Shown here piece after piece: positions 32,922 through 43,024 of a stretch of DNA of 64,000 nucleotides. Both the position numbers and the translations under genes were made by a program. The stretch is from the NCBI GenBank assembly GCA_017449745.1, contig JAFTFD010000339.1, forward strand, positions 21,866 to 85,865. Direction: 5' to 3'. Under the pieces are notes generated by a model, which saw only the letters and a list, made by a program, of their open reading frames with translations, ran no database searches and was not told the DNA's origin. Numbering within the stretch: the stretch's first letter is position 1; each line of letters opens with the position of its first letter. Origin of the DNA: Lachnospiraceae bacterium (GTDB lineage: Bacteria > Bacillota > Clostridia > Lachnospirales > Lachnospiraceae).

Positions 32922-35285
32922 ATGAAACAGATCGACTTCAACGATAGCTGGAAATTTAAGGTACAGGGGGACGGTGAATGGAAGAGCGTCACTCTCCCGC
33001 ACGATGCGCAGCTCCTCGCGGCCCGCTCCAAAGACGCACCGGGCGGCAGCGGACACGCCTATTTTCCGGGAGGTATCTACGAATATGAAAAGCAGATCGA
33101 GGTTCCGGCAGACTGGAAGGACTGCCATGTCGAGCTGCTCTTTGAAGGTATCTACAAGGACGCGCAGGTCAGCATAAACGGCAGCAGGGCCGCGCTGCAC
33201 CATTACGGCTATACACCTTTTAATGTAAACCTTGACGGCATGCTCCGGTACGGCGAGACCAATACGATCACCGTCGTGGCCGACAATGAAAAACTGCCGA
33301 ATTCCAGATGGTACACGGGCGGCGGTATTTACAGGCCTGTCTCCCTTCTGGTCTCAAAGAAGACTTATTTGCCCTGGCAGGGAGTAAAAATAAACACGCT
33401 CAGCATCGACCCCGCAAAGATCAGAGTCAGGTCCGCTGTTGCAGGAGATGCGCAAAACACCTCCGTATCTGTTGAGATCCTGGATAACGGGAAAGTGATC
33501 GCGGCCGGAAACGGGGCAGATCTGGAGCTTGTTGTCCCCGGGGCCCAGCTCTGGTCGGAAGAGTCGCCAAAGCTCTATGATGCGCATGTTGTTTTAAAGC
33601 GCGGAGGGGAGATCCTCGACGAAGTCTGTGAGCGTTTCGGCATCAGAAAACTTGAATGGAGCCCGAAGGGGTTATTCGTCAATGGCAAGGAGACGCTTTT
33701 AAGGGGCGGCTGCATCCATCATGACAACGGGATCCTCGGCGCGGCAGAATTTGCCGAGAGCGCAAAAAGGAAGATCCGTATTTTAAGAGAGAGCGGTTTC
33801 AACGCTGTCCGCATCGCCCATAACCCCGCCTCCACAGCGCTGCTGAATGCTTGCGACGAGTACGGCATGTACGTCATGGACGAGGCGTTCGATATGTGGT
33901 ACAACCGCAAAAATCCCTATGACTACGGCTGCAACTTTGAAGAGTGCTGGAAAGAGGATATTACGGCGCTGGCAGAGCATGATTTCAATCATCCTTCCGT
34001 GCTGATGTACTCGATCGGCAATGAAGTGGCGGAGCCGCATGAGGAGAGAGGACAGATCGCAGGACAGAAGATGATCGACCTCCTGCATGAGCTCGATCCG
34101 GACCGCCCTGTTACCTGCGGCGTCAACCTGATGATCATCGGACGCGCGGCAAAGGGGAACGGGATCTATCAGGACGGCAAACAGAATACCGGCGCCGATA
34201 AACCCCAGAAGGAAGATAAGGCCTCCAACGGCAGCCTTGCCTTCAATATCATGGCGAGCTTCATCGGGACCGGGATGAATAAGGGCGGCAATTCCAAAAA
34301 GGTAGACGCCATTTCCACTCCTTTCTGTGATGCGCTCGATATTGCCGGATACAATTACGGTTCGGGCCGTTACCCGCTCGATGGCACGGCGCATCCGAAC
34401 AGGATCCTGGTCGGCTCCGAGACCTTCCCGCAGGATATCTGCAAGAACTGGGAAATGGTGAAAAAATACCCTTATCTCATCGGCGATTTCATGTGGACCT
34501 CCTGGGACTATCTGGGAGAAGCCGGGATCGGCGCATGGAGCTACACCGGCGGCGTTCCTTTTAACCGCCCTTACCCCTGGCTGCTTGCAGGTGCAGGCGT
34601 CATTGACATTCTCGGCACTCCGGACGCCAGCTGCCGCTATGCGGCTGTTGTCTGGGACCAGATCGATCATCCGGTGATCGGGGTCCGACCTGTCAATCAT
34701 CCCGGTGTCCGCCCCTCCAAATCTGTGTGGCGCGGAACCAACGCAATGGAGAGCTGGTCCTGGAAAAACTGCGAGGGCAATAAGGCCTATATCGAGGTCT
34801 ATTCTAAAGGCGATGGCGTGGAACTGTTCCTGAACGGGAAATCTCTTGGAAAGAAAAAGCTCAAGGACTACAAGGCGGTTTACAAGACATCCTTCCAGCC
34901 CGGAACGCTCACAGCAGTCTCTTACGATGCCCAGGGCAAGAAGATCGCCGAACACTCCCTTGTCTCCGCAAACGGCAGCAGGCAGGTAGCTGCAGTGCCT
35001 GAGAATACAAAGGCCGGCAAGGGCGAGATCGTCTATGTAGATATTGAGGTCCGCGGCGAAAACGGGATCGTAGAATCCAATGACGACAGGACCCTCACCG
35101 TCACGGCAGAGGGAGCTGAGCTTCTGGGATTCGGAAGCGCAAACCCCTGCACCGAGGAGAGCTATACCGAGGGGAAATTCAAAACTTACTATGGCAGGGC
35201 GCAGGCCGTTGTCCGCGTCGGGAAACCCGGAGCAGCGAAGATCATAGTCAAAGATGGAGACAAAGAGGTCACAGCAGTGCTCTGA
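32922..35285 (+). CDS. GH2 family glycoside hydrolase, beta-galactosidase-like (copy B)
   Basis: Mirror of 8626..10989. Confidence 0.88.
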   Translation: MKQIDFNDSWKFKVQGDGEWKSVTLPHDAQLLAARSKDAPGGSGHAYFPGGIYEYEKQIEVPADWKDCHVELLFEGIYKDAQVSINGSRAALHHYGYTPFNVNLDGMLRYGETNTITVVADNEKLPNSRWYTGGGIYRPVSLLVSKKTYLPWQGVKINTLSIDPAKIRVRSAVAGDAQNTSVSVEILDNGKVIAAGNGADLELVVPGAQLWSEESPKLYDAHVVLKRGGEILDEVCERFGIRKLEWSPKGLFVNGKETLLRGGCIHHDNGILGAAEFAESAKRKIRILRESGFNAVRIAHNPASTALLNACDEYGMYVMDEAFDMWYNRKNPYDYGCNFEECWKEDITALAEHDFNHPSVLMYSIGNEVAEPHEERGQIAGQKMIDLLHELDPDRPVTCGVNLMIIGRAAKGNGIYQDGKQNTGADKPQKEDKASNGSLAFNIMASFIGTGMNKGGNSKKVDAISTPFCDALDIAGYNYGSGRYPLDGTAHPNRILVGSETFPQDICKNWEMVKKYPYLIGDFMWTSWDYLGEAGIGAWSYTGGVPFNRPYPWLLAGAGVIDILGTPDASCRYAAVVWDQIDHPVIGVRPVNHPGVRPSKSVWRGTNAMESWSWKNCEGNKAYIEVYSKGDGVELFLNGKSLGKKKLKDYKAVYKTSFQPGTLTAVSYDAQGKKIAEHSLVSANGSRQVAAVPENTKAGKGEIVYVDIEVRGENGIVESNDDRTLTVTAEGAELLGFGSANPCTEESYTEGKFKTYYGRAQAVVRVGKPGAAKIIVKDGDKEVTAVL

Positions 35286-35548
35286 TCGGTACAGATCCGG
35301 CTTAATTACCCCATCTTCCATTAATATACATGTTATTGGGGTCAAAAGGTATAAAAGCCTGCTCGTGTGAGCGCAGCATGCTTTTCTGCCTTTTGAACTT
35401 AGCATCATATACATATAAGAAACCGCAGGCATTGAAGTGCCTGTGGTTTTTTATTATACTGAAACCGGGCTGCGATCGGGGCAGCCGGCGGGCGGGAACT
35501 ATTCCCGGACCGACCTTGTAATTCAGGAAAGGAAAAAGGTGATAAACT

Positions 35549-36007
35549 ATGCAAAAACCAAGTCTCAAATGGATCATTCTTTTTAATCTGGTTCTCGATC
35601 TGCCGATGGCGATCGTTATGTCCGTCTCGGCAGCGCTCCTTGCGGGAGCACCCGTGCAGGCGATCTTTACGCCGAATCTTCTGGCGAACATCGCTATTGG
35701 ATTCTGCCTTGCTTTTCTTCTGAATATCCTGATTCCGGGACAGAAGATCCAGGCCGGGTTTGCACGCCTGTTCAAGCTTGATCCGCAGAGCCTTGCGGGA
35801 AATCTCGTCGGATCCCTTCCGGTCTGCCTTATCTTTACCATCGGCGTGGGGCTTCCGCTGTCCATTTTTAACGTGCGCAAGGCACCGGACTTTATTTTTG
35901 CATTCTTCGCAACATTTATTCCGCTTTATATCATTCTTTACATCGTTGCTTTTATTTTTACGCCGCTGGCGGCGAAGGCAGCGAACGCAGCATGCAGCAA
36001 AAAGTGA
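35549..36007 (+). CDS. Small integral membrane protein (copy B)
   Basis: Mirror of 7904..8362. Confidence 0.7.
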   Translation: MQKPSLKWIILFNLVLDLPMAIVMSVSAALLAGAPVQAIFTPNLLANIAIGFCLAFLLNILIPGQKIQAGFARLFKLDPQSLAGNLVGSLPVCLIFTIGVGLPLSIFNVRKAPDFIFAFFATFIPLYIILYIVAFIFTPLAAKAANAACSKK

Positions 36008-36073
36008 CCCGCATCCATAACGAAGCGCCTTCAAAGAACAGGAGCAGGTACGGGCTTTTCAGAAAGGAGTGCC

Positions 36074-37855
36074 ATGAAACAGTATCAGCAGAAAAATGTG
36101 TCGGATATCAACCTCGAAGATTATCTGAGCGAATATGAGTCCAGGCAGGCAACCGTCAAAGACATGTTCTATGACAGGTTCCGCAGGAAGGAATCCCTGA
36201 ACGGCCTGTGGCATTACGCGGTAGACCAGTATGACAATTGCATCCGCCAGCACTGGTTCGAGGAGCGCCGCTATGACAAGAACGGCTATACGGTCCCGGT
36301 CGATTACTCTTTTGACGAGTGGCCGACAATGCAGCTGCCCTGCTGCTGGAACACGCAGAGCGAGCGGTATCTGCTGTACGATGGGAGCATGATTTTTACG
36401 CGTAAATTCAGAATGCAGAAAACGACGGGCGAGAGGATCTTTCTGAAACTCGGCGGCGTGAACTACATCTGCAGGGTATTTTTGAACAAACAGTATCTGG
36501 GCATGCACAGAGGCGGCTCTACCCCGGCTTATTTTGAGATCACGGATGCCCTTCAGGAAGACAATGCGGAGAACAGGATCATCCTCCAGGCAGACAGCAC
36601 CCGCCGCCCCGAGCAGGTTCCGACGGAAAACACGGACTGGTTTAATTACGGCGGTGTTTACAGGGATATCGAGCTGATCCGCGTGCCGGAGGTCTTTATC
36701 AGGCAGTTCCGGATCGCGCTGGTGCCAGACGGGAAATTTGATAAGATCTGTGTGAGCGCCGCGCTTTCACAGGAATGTGATACTAAGGCGTCCCTTGTTA
36801 TTCCGGAGCTCGGGATCAATTACACGATCGATATCCGCGCGGGCAAGGGAGAGGCAGTCATCGAGGCATCCCCCATGCTCTGGTCTCCGCAGGATCCTTA
36901 TCTTTATGACGTAGAGCTGATCTGCGGAGAAGATAAAGTTACCGACAAGGTAGGCTTCCGTGAGATCCGCGTGGAGGGCCGCGATATTCTCCTGAACGGA
37001 AAGCAGATCTTCCTGAAGGGGATCAGCTGCCACGAGGAAAGTGTCGAGAATGGAAAAGGACTGACAACGGAAGAAAGGCTTGAAAACATCCGGATCGCAA
37101 AAGAGCTCGGATGCAATTTCATGCGTGTTGCCCACTATCCGCATAACGAGGAGATGGCGCAGCTGGCGGACAGGGAAGGGATCCTCCTGTGGGAGGAGAT
37201 CCCAGTCTACTGGGCGATCCGGTTCACCAGAGAGGCGACCTATCAGGATGCGCAGAACCAGCTCCTGGAGCTGATCAACAGAGACTGGAACCGCGCCAGC
37301 GTGATCATCTGGTCCGTCGGAAATGAGAATGCCGACACAGACGAAAGACTTGAATTCATGAAGAATCTCGCGGAGTGCGCGCATCGTGAGGATTCTACGA
37401 GACTCGTATCAGCGGCGTGCCTTGTCAGCTATCAGGAGATGGCAATCGCGGACAGGCTCGCGGAGTATCTGGATGTGATCGGCCTCAACGAGTATATGGG
37501 CTGGTACACACCGGATTTTGGCATGCTGACAAAGCTCTTCGAGAACAGCGATCCTTCCAAGCCGGTCATCGTGACGGAGTTCGGCGCGGACGCTATGCCG
37601 GGCCACCGCAGATCCATCTATGACAAAGGCACAGAGGACTGCCAGACTTATGTTTTTGAAAAACAGATCGAAACGCTGAAGGACATCCCCTACGTAAAGG
37701 GAATGACACCGTGGATCCTGTACGACTTCAGATGTCCCAGACGAACCAGCATGATCCAAGGGTATTACAACAGAAAGGGCCTGCTCTCACCGGACAAGAA
37801 ATATAAGAAACCCGCCTTCTTTGTACTGCAGAAGTTCTACAGGTCAATAAAATAA
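36074..37855 (+). CDS. uidA: GH2 beta-glucuronidase (copy B)
   Basis: Mirror of 6056..7837. Confidence 0.85.
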   Translation: MKQYQQKNVSDINLEDYLSEYESRQATVKDMFYDRFRRKESLNGLWHYAVDQYDNCIRQHWFEERRYDKNGYTVPVDYSFDEWPTMQLPCCWNTQSERYLLYDGSMIFTRKFRMQKTTGERIFLKLGGVNYICRVFLNKQYLGMHRGGSTPAYFEITDALQEDNAENRIILQADSTRRPEQVPTENTDWFNYGGVYRDIELIRVPEVFIRQFRIALVPDGKFDKICVSAALSQECDTKASLVIPELGINYTIDIRAGKGEAVIEASPMLWSPQDPYLYDVELICGEDKVTDKVGFREIRVEGRDILLNGKQIFLKGISCHEESVENGKGLTTEERLENIRIAKELGCNFMRVAHYPHNEEMAQLADREGILLWEEIPVYWAIRFTREATYQDAQNQLLELINRDWNRASVIIWSVGNENADTDERLEFMKNLAECAHREDSTRLVSAACLVSYQEMAIADRLAEYLDVIGLNEYMGWYTPDFGMLTKLFENSDPSKPVIVTEFGADAMPGHRRSIYDKGTEDCQTYVFEKQIETLKDIPYVKGMTPWILYDFRCPRRTSMIQGYYNRKGLLSPDKKYKKPAFFVLQKFYRSIK

Positions 37856-37940
37856 ATATAGTAAAAGGCAGAAGAGCATGTCGTGCAGGCGCGGCATGCT
37901 TTTCTGCCTTTTCTGTCATTTGATCGCTGATAGAACTCCC

Positions 37941-38534
37941 TTATGTCTGCTGGATTTTCTCCAGAAAACGGTGCTTTCCGCCGGAGGATTCGTAGATGCG
38001 GACTTCACAGTTGTGAGGGCGCGGCCTCCAGATATAGCCTCTGGGCGCATCCTCCAGATAACCGGTGAGGGCGCGAATGATGCCGCCGTGGCAGGCGACC
38101 AGTACGTTCTCGTAATCTTTCTGCTCCAACTCCCGAAGGAACCCGTGTGCGCGCCGGATCATCTGCTCTGTCGTCTCAACTGTAGACGGTGCAGGAAAAT
38201 ACTCCGGAAATCCCCAGTACAAAGTCATGCGCGGGCCGACCAGCCAGTAGCATTTTTTTTCATACCGCCCGAAGTCAGCCTCGATGATCCTCTCATCGCG
38301 GATGATCTGATCCTCGGGAACATTTCCGATAATGGAGCCGGTGACGATGGCCCTTTTCAGGGGGCTGGCGTAGACTGCGTCAAAAACGATGCCGGGGTGT
38401 GTTTCCTCCAGCAGGGCGCGCGTTTGCCTGGCCTGTTCCAGGCCGGTCTCGTTGAGCGGCTCGTCCGTCAGGCCCTGCATGAGGCGCGCTTTATTCAGGT
38501 TTGTCTGTCCGTGTCTTGTGATCCATATTTTCAT
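37941..38534 (-). CDS. Histidine phosphatase family protein (copy B)
   Basis: Mirror of 5377..5970. Confidence 0.88.
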   Translation of the reverse strand: MKIWITRHGQTNLNKARLMQGLTDEPLNETGLEQARQTRALLEETHPGIVFDAVYASPLKRAIVTGSIIGNVPEDQIIRDERIIEADFGRYEKKCYWLVGPRMTLYWGFPEYFPAPSTVETTEQMIRRAHGFLRELEQKDYENVLVACHGGIIRALTGYLEDAPRGYIWRPRPHNCEVRIYESSGGKHRFLEKIQQT

Positions 38535-38647
38535 GCTGCTATTCTAGCACATCCGGCAGCCTTTATATATAATGAAATGGAGTCGGGAAAGTACAGTAAT
38601 TCAAACCGGCTCCGCAGTGGAGCAGCGTATTACAAAGGAGACCTCTT

Positions 38648-39823
38648 ATGAAATTTTACATGCCGACAAGGGTTTTTGATGAAAAAGACTGTGTTAAAAA
38701 ACATGCCGCAGATCTCTCATCCTGCGGCACAAAGGCGTTGATCGTTACAGGCAGGCATTCGGCGGAAAAATGCGGGGCGCTCGCAGATGTGACGCAGGTT
38801 CTTGAGGACAATGGCACTGCGTGGTGCCATTTCGCTGAGATCGAAGAGAATCCTTCCGTGGAAACGGTAGTCAAAGGAGCGATCTACGGAAAGGAGCAGG
38901 CCGCTGATTTTGTGATCGGAATCGGCGGAGGCTCCGCTATGGATGCGGCCAAGGCGATCGCATTCCTGATGTACAGGCCAGAGATCCTGGCAGAGGACCT
39001 GTATAACGGAGAGCTTCCGACCCGCTCGCTCGATGTGGTGGCGGTCCCGACGACCTGCGGCACAGGATCGGAAGTGACAGGCGTCAGCGTCCTGACACGG
39101 CATGAAAAGAAAACAAAAGCATCGATCCCCCACAGGATCTTCCCGAAGCTCGCACTGGTCGACGGCAAGTATCTTGCGAATGCGCCGCAGTCCATTATCA
39201 CCAACACGGCGGTCGACGCCCTTGCGCACATGATCGAGAGCTACGAATCAAAAGCAGCGGATGACTACAGTAAAGCAGCGGCCCTGGCAGGCCTTCGGAT
39301 CTGGAGCTCCTGCAAGGATCTACTGCTGCCAGGTGGATGCAGCGCATTAAGGGCGGGCTGCAGTGAGGCGGAAGGCGCAGCTGTTGCGGCAAGTGAGACG
39401 GCAGCCTCAGCAGAAAATACTGCTGCAGCCGGAGAGGAGACTGCTGCGCGCCTCATGAGAGCGTCGACTTTTGCGGGGATCGCCATCGCACAGACTGGCA
39501 CCAGCATTCCGCATGCGCTCAGTTACACCGTGACCTATGACCTTCACATGCCGCACGGTATGGCTTGCGGGTATTTTCTCACCGGATTCCTGAAAGAAAT
39601 GCCGGAAGAAGACCGCAGCGCGGTACTGGAGGCAGCAGGTTTTACGGATGTGAACGACTTCTGCGGCTTTATGGAAAAAGCGTTCCCCGGCATCTCTGTT
39701 CCGGAAGAGGTGCTGAGACGGGCTTACGATACAGTTTCGGCAAATCCTGTGAGAATGTCGAGCTGCCGCTTCTACTGCGACGCAGAGGTTCTCGCGCGGA
39801 TCACTGGTTCGGCGCAGGCGTAG
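38648..39823 (+). CDS. Iron-containing alcohol dehydrogenase family protein (copy B)
   Basis: Mirror of 4088..5263. Confidence 0.88.
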   Translation: MKFYMPTRVFDEKDCVKKHAADLSSCGTKALIVTGRHSAEKCGALADVTQVLEDNGTAWCHFAEIEENPSVETVVKGAIYGKEQAADFVIGIGGGSAMDAAKAIAFLMYRPEILAEDLYNGELPTRSLDVVAVPTTCGTGSEVTGVSVLTRHEKKTKASIPHRIFPKLALVDGKYLANAPQSIITNTAVDALAHMIESYESKAADDYSKAAALAGLRIWSSCKDLLLPGGCSALRAGCSEAEGAAVAASETAASAENTAAAGEETAARLMRASTFAGIAIAQTGTSIPHALSYTVTYDLHMPHGMACGYFLTGFLKEMPEEDRSAVLEAAGFTDVNDFCGFMEKAFPGISVPEEVLRRAYDTVSANPVRMSSCRFYCDAEVLARITGSAQA

Positions 39824-40068
39824 GCAGTGGCTTTTGCTGTGAAGCAGAAGCTTGCGCGGATTGCCGTGCGGCACAGGTGCAGGCAGTTGCTGACTGTGGC
39901 AGAGAGCGAATGTTAAAAAAATAACAGTTTCGATGTTTTTCCACGTCGGAAAAGGCTGCGGATATTGATTTTTAGTGTCAAATATGTTAAAAAGACTAGG
40001 AGTATGCACAGTTATGTTAGTTTAACGTATCAACCATATATCAATTACAAGAAAGAGGTTAACGTACG

Positions 40069-41682
40069 ATGGCAAAGATTGATTTAACTAAGTATGGCAT
40101 CACAGGCGCTACTGAGATCGTCTACAATCCTTCCTATGAGTTCCTTTATGAGGAAGAGATGAAGCCCGAGCAGGAAGGCTATGAGAAGGGCGTCGAGACA
40201 GAGCTCGGTGCTGTCAACGTCATGACAGGTATCTACACTGGCCGTTCCCCTAAGGACAAGTACATCGTTATGGATGAGAACTCCAAGGATACGGTCTGGT
40301 GGACGACTGATGAGTACAAGAACGACAACCACCCGATGAGCGAGGAGACATGGGCAGCTATGAAGGCTCTTGCTCAGAAGGAGCTCTCCGGCAAGAGACT
40401 GTTCGTCATGGATGCTTTCTGCGGTGCAAACGCTGACACACGTATGGCTGTCCGCTTCATCATGGAAGTTGCATGGCAGGCACACTTTGTTAAGAACATG
40501 TTCATCCAGCCCACAGCAGAAGAGCTTGAGAACTTCGAGCCTGATTTCGTTGTCTACACAGCTTCCAAGGCTAAGGTAGAGAACTACAAGGATTATGGCC
40601 TTAACTCCGAGACATGCGTAGCCTTCAACACAACCAGCCGTGAGCAGGTCATCCTGAACACATGGTACGGCGGCGAGATGAAGAAGGGTATGTTCTCCAT
40701 GATGAACTACTATCTGCCGCTGAAGGGCATCGCTTCCATGCATTGCTCTGCAAACACAGATATGAACGGCGAGAACACAGCAATCTTCTTCGGTCTGTCC
40801 GGCACAGGTAAGACAACACTGTCTACAGATCCCAAGAGACTCCTCATCGGCGATGACGAGCACGGCTGGGACGACAATGGCGTCTTCAACTTCGAGGGCG
40901 GCTGCTATGCTAAGGTTATCAACCTTGACAAGGATTCCGAGCCCGATATCTACAATGCAATCAGACGTGACGCTCTTCTTGAGAACGTTACTGTTGATGC
41001 AGAAGGCAAGATCGATTTCGCTGACAAGAGCGTGACAGAGAACACACGTGTTTCCTATCCGATCGAGCACATCGAGAACATCGTCAAGAAGGTTCGCCCT
41101 GTATCCGCTGGTCCGGATGCTCAGAACGTTATCTTCCTGTCCGCTGATGCTTTCGGCGTACTGCCTCCGGTCTCCATCCTGACACCTGAGCAGACCAAGT
41201 ACTATTTCCTGTCCGGCTTCACAGCAAAGCTTGCAGGAACAGAGCGCGGCATCACTGAGCCCACACCTACATTCTCCGCTTGCTTCGGCCAGGCATTCCT
41301 TGAGCTGCATCCTACAAAGTATGCAGAGGAGCTTGTCAAGAAGATGGAGAAGGTCGGCGCAAAGGCTTACCTCGTCAACACAGGCTGGAACGGAACCGGC
41401 AAGCGTATCTCCATTAAGGATACCCGCGGCATCATCGACGCTATCCTGAACGGCGATGTCAACAAGGCTCCTACAAAGAAGATCCCTGTATTTGATTTCG
41501 AGGTTCCTACAGAGCTTCCGGGCGTTGACACAGGTATCCTTGATCCTCGCGACACATATGCAGATGCTGCAGAATGGGATGCAAAGGCTCAGGATCTTGC
41601 TCAGAGATTCGTCAAGAACTTCAAGAAGTATGAAGGCAACGAGGCTGGTAAGGCTCTCGTCGCTGCAGGCCCTCAGATCTGA
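40069..41682 (+). CDS. pckA: Phosphoenolpyruvate carboxykinase (ATP) (copy B)
   Basis: Mirror of 2229..3842. Confidence 0.95.
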   Translation: MAKIDLTKYGITGATEIVYNPSYEFLYEEEMKPEQEGYEKGVETELGAVNVMTGIYTGRSPKDKYIVMDENSKDTVWWTTDEYKNDNHPMSEETWAAMKALAQKELSGKRLFVMDAFCGANADTRMAVRFIMEVAWQAHFVKNMFIQPTAEELENFEPDFVVYTASKAKVENYKDYGLNSETCVAFNTTSREQVILNTWYGGEMKKGMFSMMNYYLPLKGIASMHCSANTDMNGENTAIFFGLSGTGKTTLSTDPKRLLIGDDEHGWDDNGVFNFEGGCYAKVINLDKDSEPDIYNAIRRDALLENVTVDAEGKIDFADKSVTENTRVSYPIEHIENIVKKVRPVSAGPDAQNVIFLSADAFGVLPPVSILTPEQTKYYFLSGFTAKLAGTERGITEPTPTFSACFGQAFLELHPTKYAEELVKKMEKVGAKAYLVNTGWNGTGKRISIKDTRGIIDAILNGDVNKAPTKKIPVFDFEVPTELPGVDTGILDPRDTYADAAEWDAKAQDLAQRFVKNFKKYEGNEAGKALVAAGPQI

Positions 41683-41707
41683 TCTGAACCCGGCCCAGAC
41701 CTGATTT

Positions 41708-41807
41708 GAATTCGGATAGCATCTGAATACAGATAAATGAGAATTCGGATATCATCTGAGTACAGATATCAATTGAATACAGATATCATCTGAATGCTGA
41801 TTGGGTC
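41708..41807. repeat. Three degenerate ~33-bp tandem units between the pckA stop and its terminator (mirror copy at 2104..2203)
   Basis: The units start at about 41708, 41741 and 41775 and begin gaattcggata(g/t)catctga(a/g)tacagata. The motif atcatctga recurs with a 33-nt period. Confidence 0.75.
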
Positions 41808-41831
41808 ATCGCAGAATAATGCAAGATGCAA

Positions 41832-41862
41832 AGTGCCGCACCGTGAGGTGCGGCACTTTTTT
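41832..41862 (+). terminator. Intrinsic terminator downstream of pckA (copy B)
   Basis: Sequence agtgccgcacc-gtga-ggtgcggcact followed by tttttt. Confidence 0.8.
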
Positions 41863-42125
41863 GGCTGCGGTTCTTGATTTTGTTTTCATGTTTGGTTTAA
41901 AATGAGCAATATCTGAGCCGGAGATTCGGTCCAGATGCCATATCTTTTTCGGCTATTTCGTTGTTTGTCTTTTCTTGTTTGTATAACTTAACTAATGTTT
42001 TGTGTATTTCTTGTTTCCTATTCCTGCTTGTGTTTCTTGTTTCCTACAACTAGCCTGCACTTCTTATTCATCCACTACATTACAAAATTCTGATTCGTAT
42101 CCCCGTTTATAGCGTTTATTCTGAA

Positions 42126-42217
42126 CTTCCTGCAGTCTAATACTTTCATTTTAAACTCCCTGCAGTCAAATACCTCTCATTTTAAACTATCAGGTTTCTA
42201 ATACCTTTCATTTCAGA
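42126..42217. repeat. Three tandem ~31-bp degenerate repeats in the ORF-free low-GC region (mirror copy at 1694..1785)
   Basis: The three units are cttcctgcagtctaatactttcattttaaa, ctccctgcagtcaaatacctctcattttaaa and ctatcaggtttctaatacctttcatttcaga. Confidence 0.75.
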
Positions 42218-43024
42218 CTCTAATTCTTTCTGCCATACTCTGAAATCAAGTGGTCATACAGCTATTCACAACATAATTGGCGAATATCGTTGCAACAGGT
42301 TGTGCACATAAATTGGCATTTTTACAGCGCGCGACAAAGACCACGGATTTCCCGCATTCAGATGTGTGGAAAACTGACCATTTCAAGACTCTCGCAACAA
42401 ATATCAAAGAAATGATGGGACATAGAGGTAAATTCAAAACCTCGGATTTTTTGTTGTCACAACAAAGAAAAGAAGGAATGGGATAAATGACCGCGAGGAA
42501 AAAAGTCCTAAGCAACATTTTATAACAGGACTACCTGTTTGCACGTGACCGCTTTTTTTCGGACTTTACTATTCACAACAAAAGAGAACGAATAAAAACA
42601 TTTGGAGGTACAGCTGATGAAATGGCTGTTTTATCGCACAACAAATATATTTAGTATATCCACTAATAACCGTGGGCACTGCGCACACACAAATATCCCG
42701 CACAACAGAAGAGTGCTCAATTTAAGCAAATGCCCGTATAGGGCTTATCTTCCCACTGGAATGCAAAAAGAAAGAGCGATAGTTTGCGGGAACATAAGCG
42801 GTGTCCCGCCATAAAATGCCTATCTAACGAGAAACTTGTAGAACAAAAGGTAATCAAACCATGCGAGGATTTATTGAAAAGGAGTTCAATTTGTTGAGAG
42901 ACCAATATAAAGCAAGCCAATCTGATGAGAGGCCAATATTAAGAAAGACCAATCATGATATGAGAACATTATAAAGAAAGGAACGACAAAACCATATTCA
43001 TCAATACAAAGGAGAAATAGTAAA

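Noticed and set aside
42260-42710. A chromosomal oriC or DnaA-box cluster.
   Set aside because: Only one element (TGTGGAAAA at 42364) fits TTWTNCACA well. The repeated motif is CACAACA, not a DnaA box, and no dnaA or dnaN is nearby. The region is kept as an unexplained repeat region instead.
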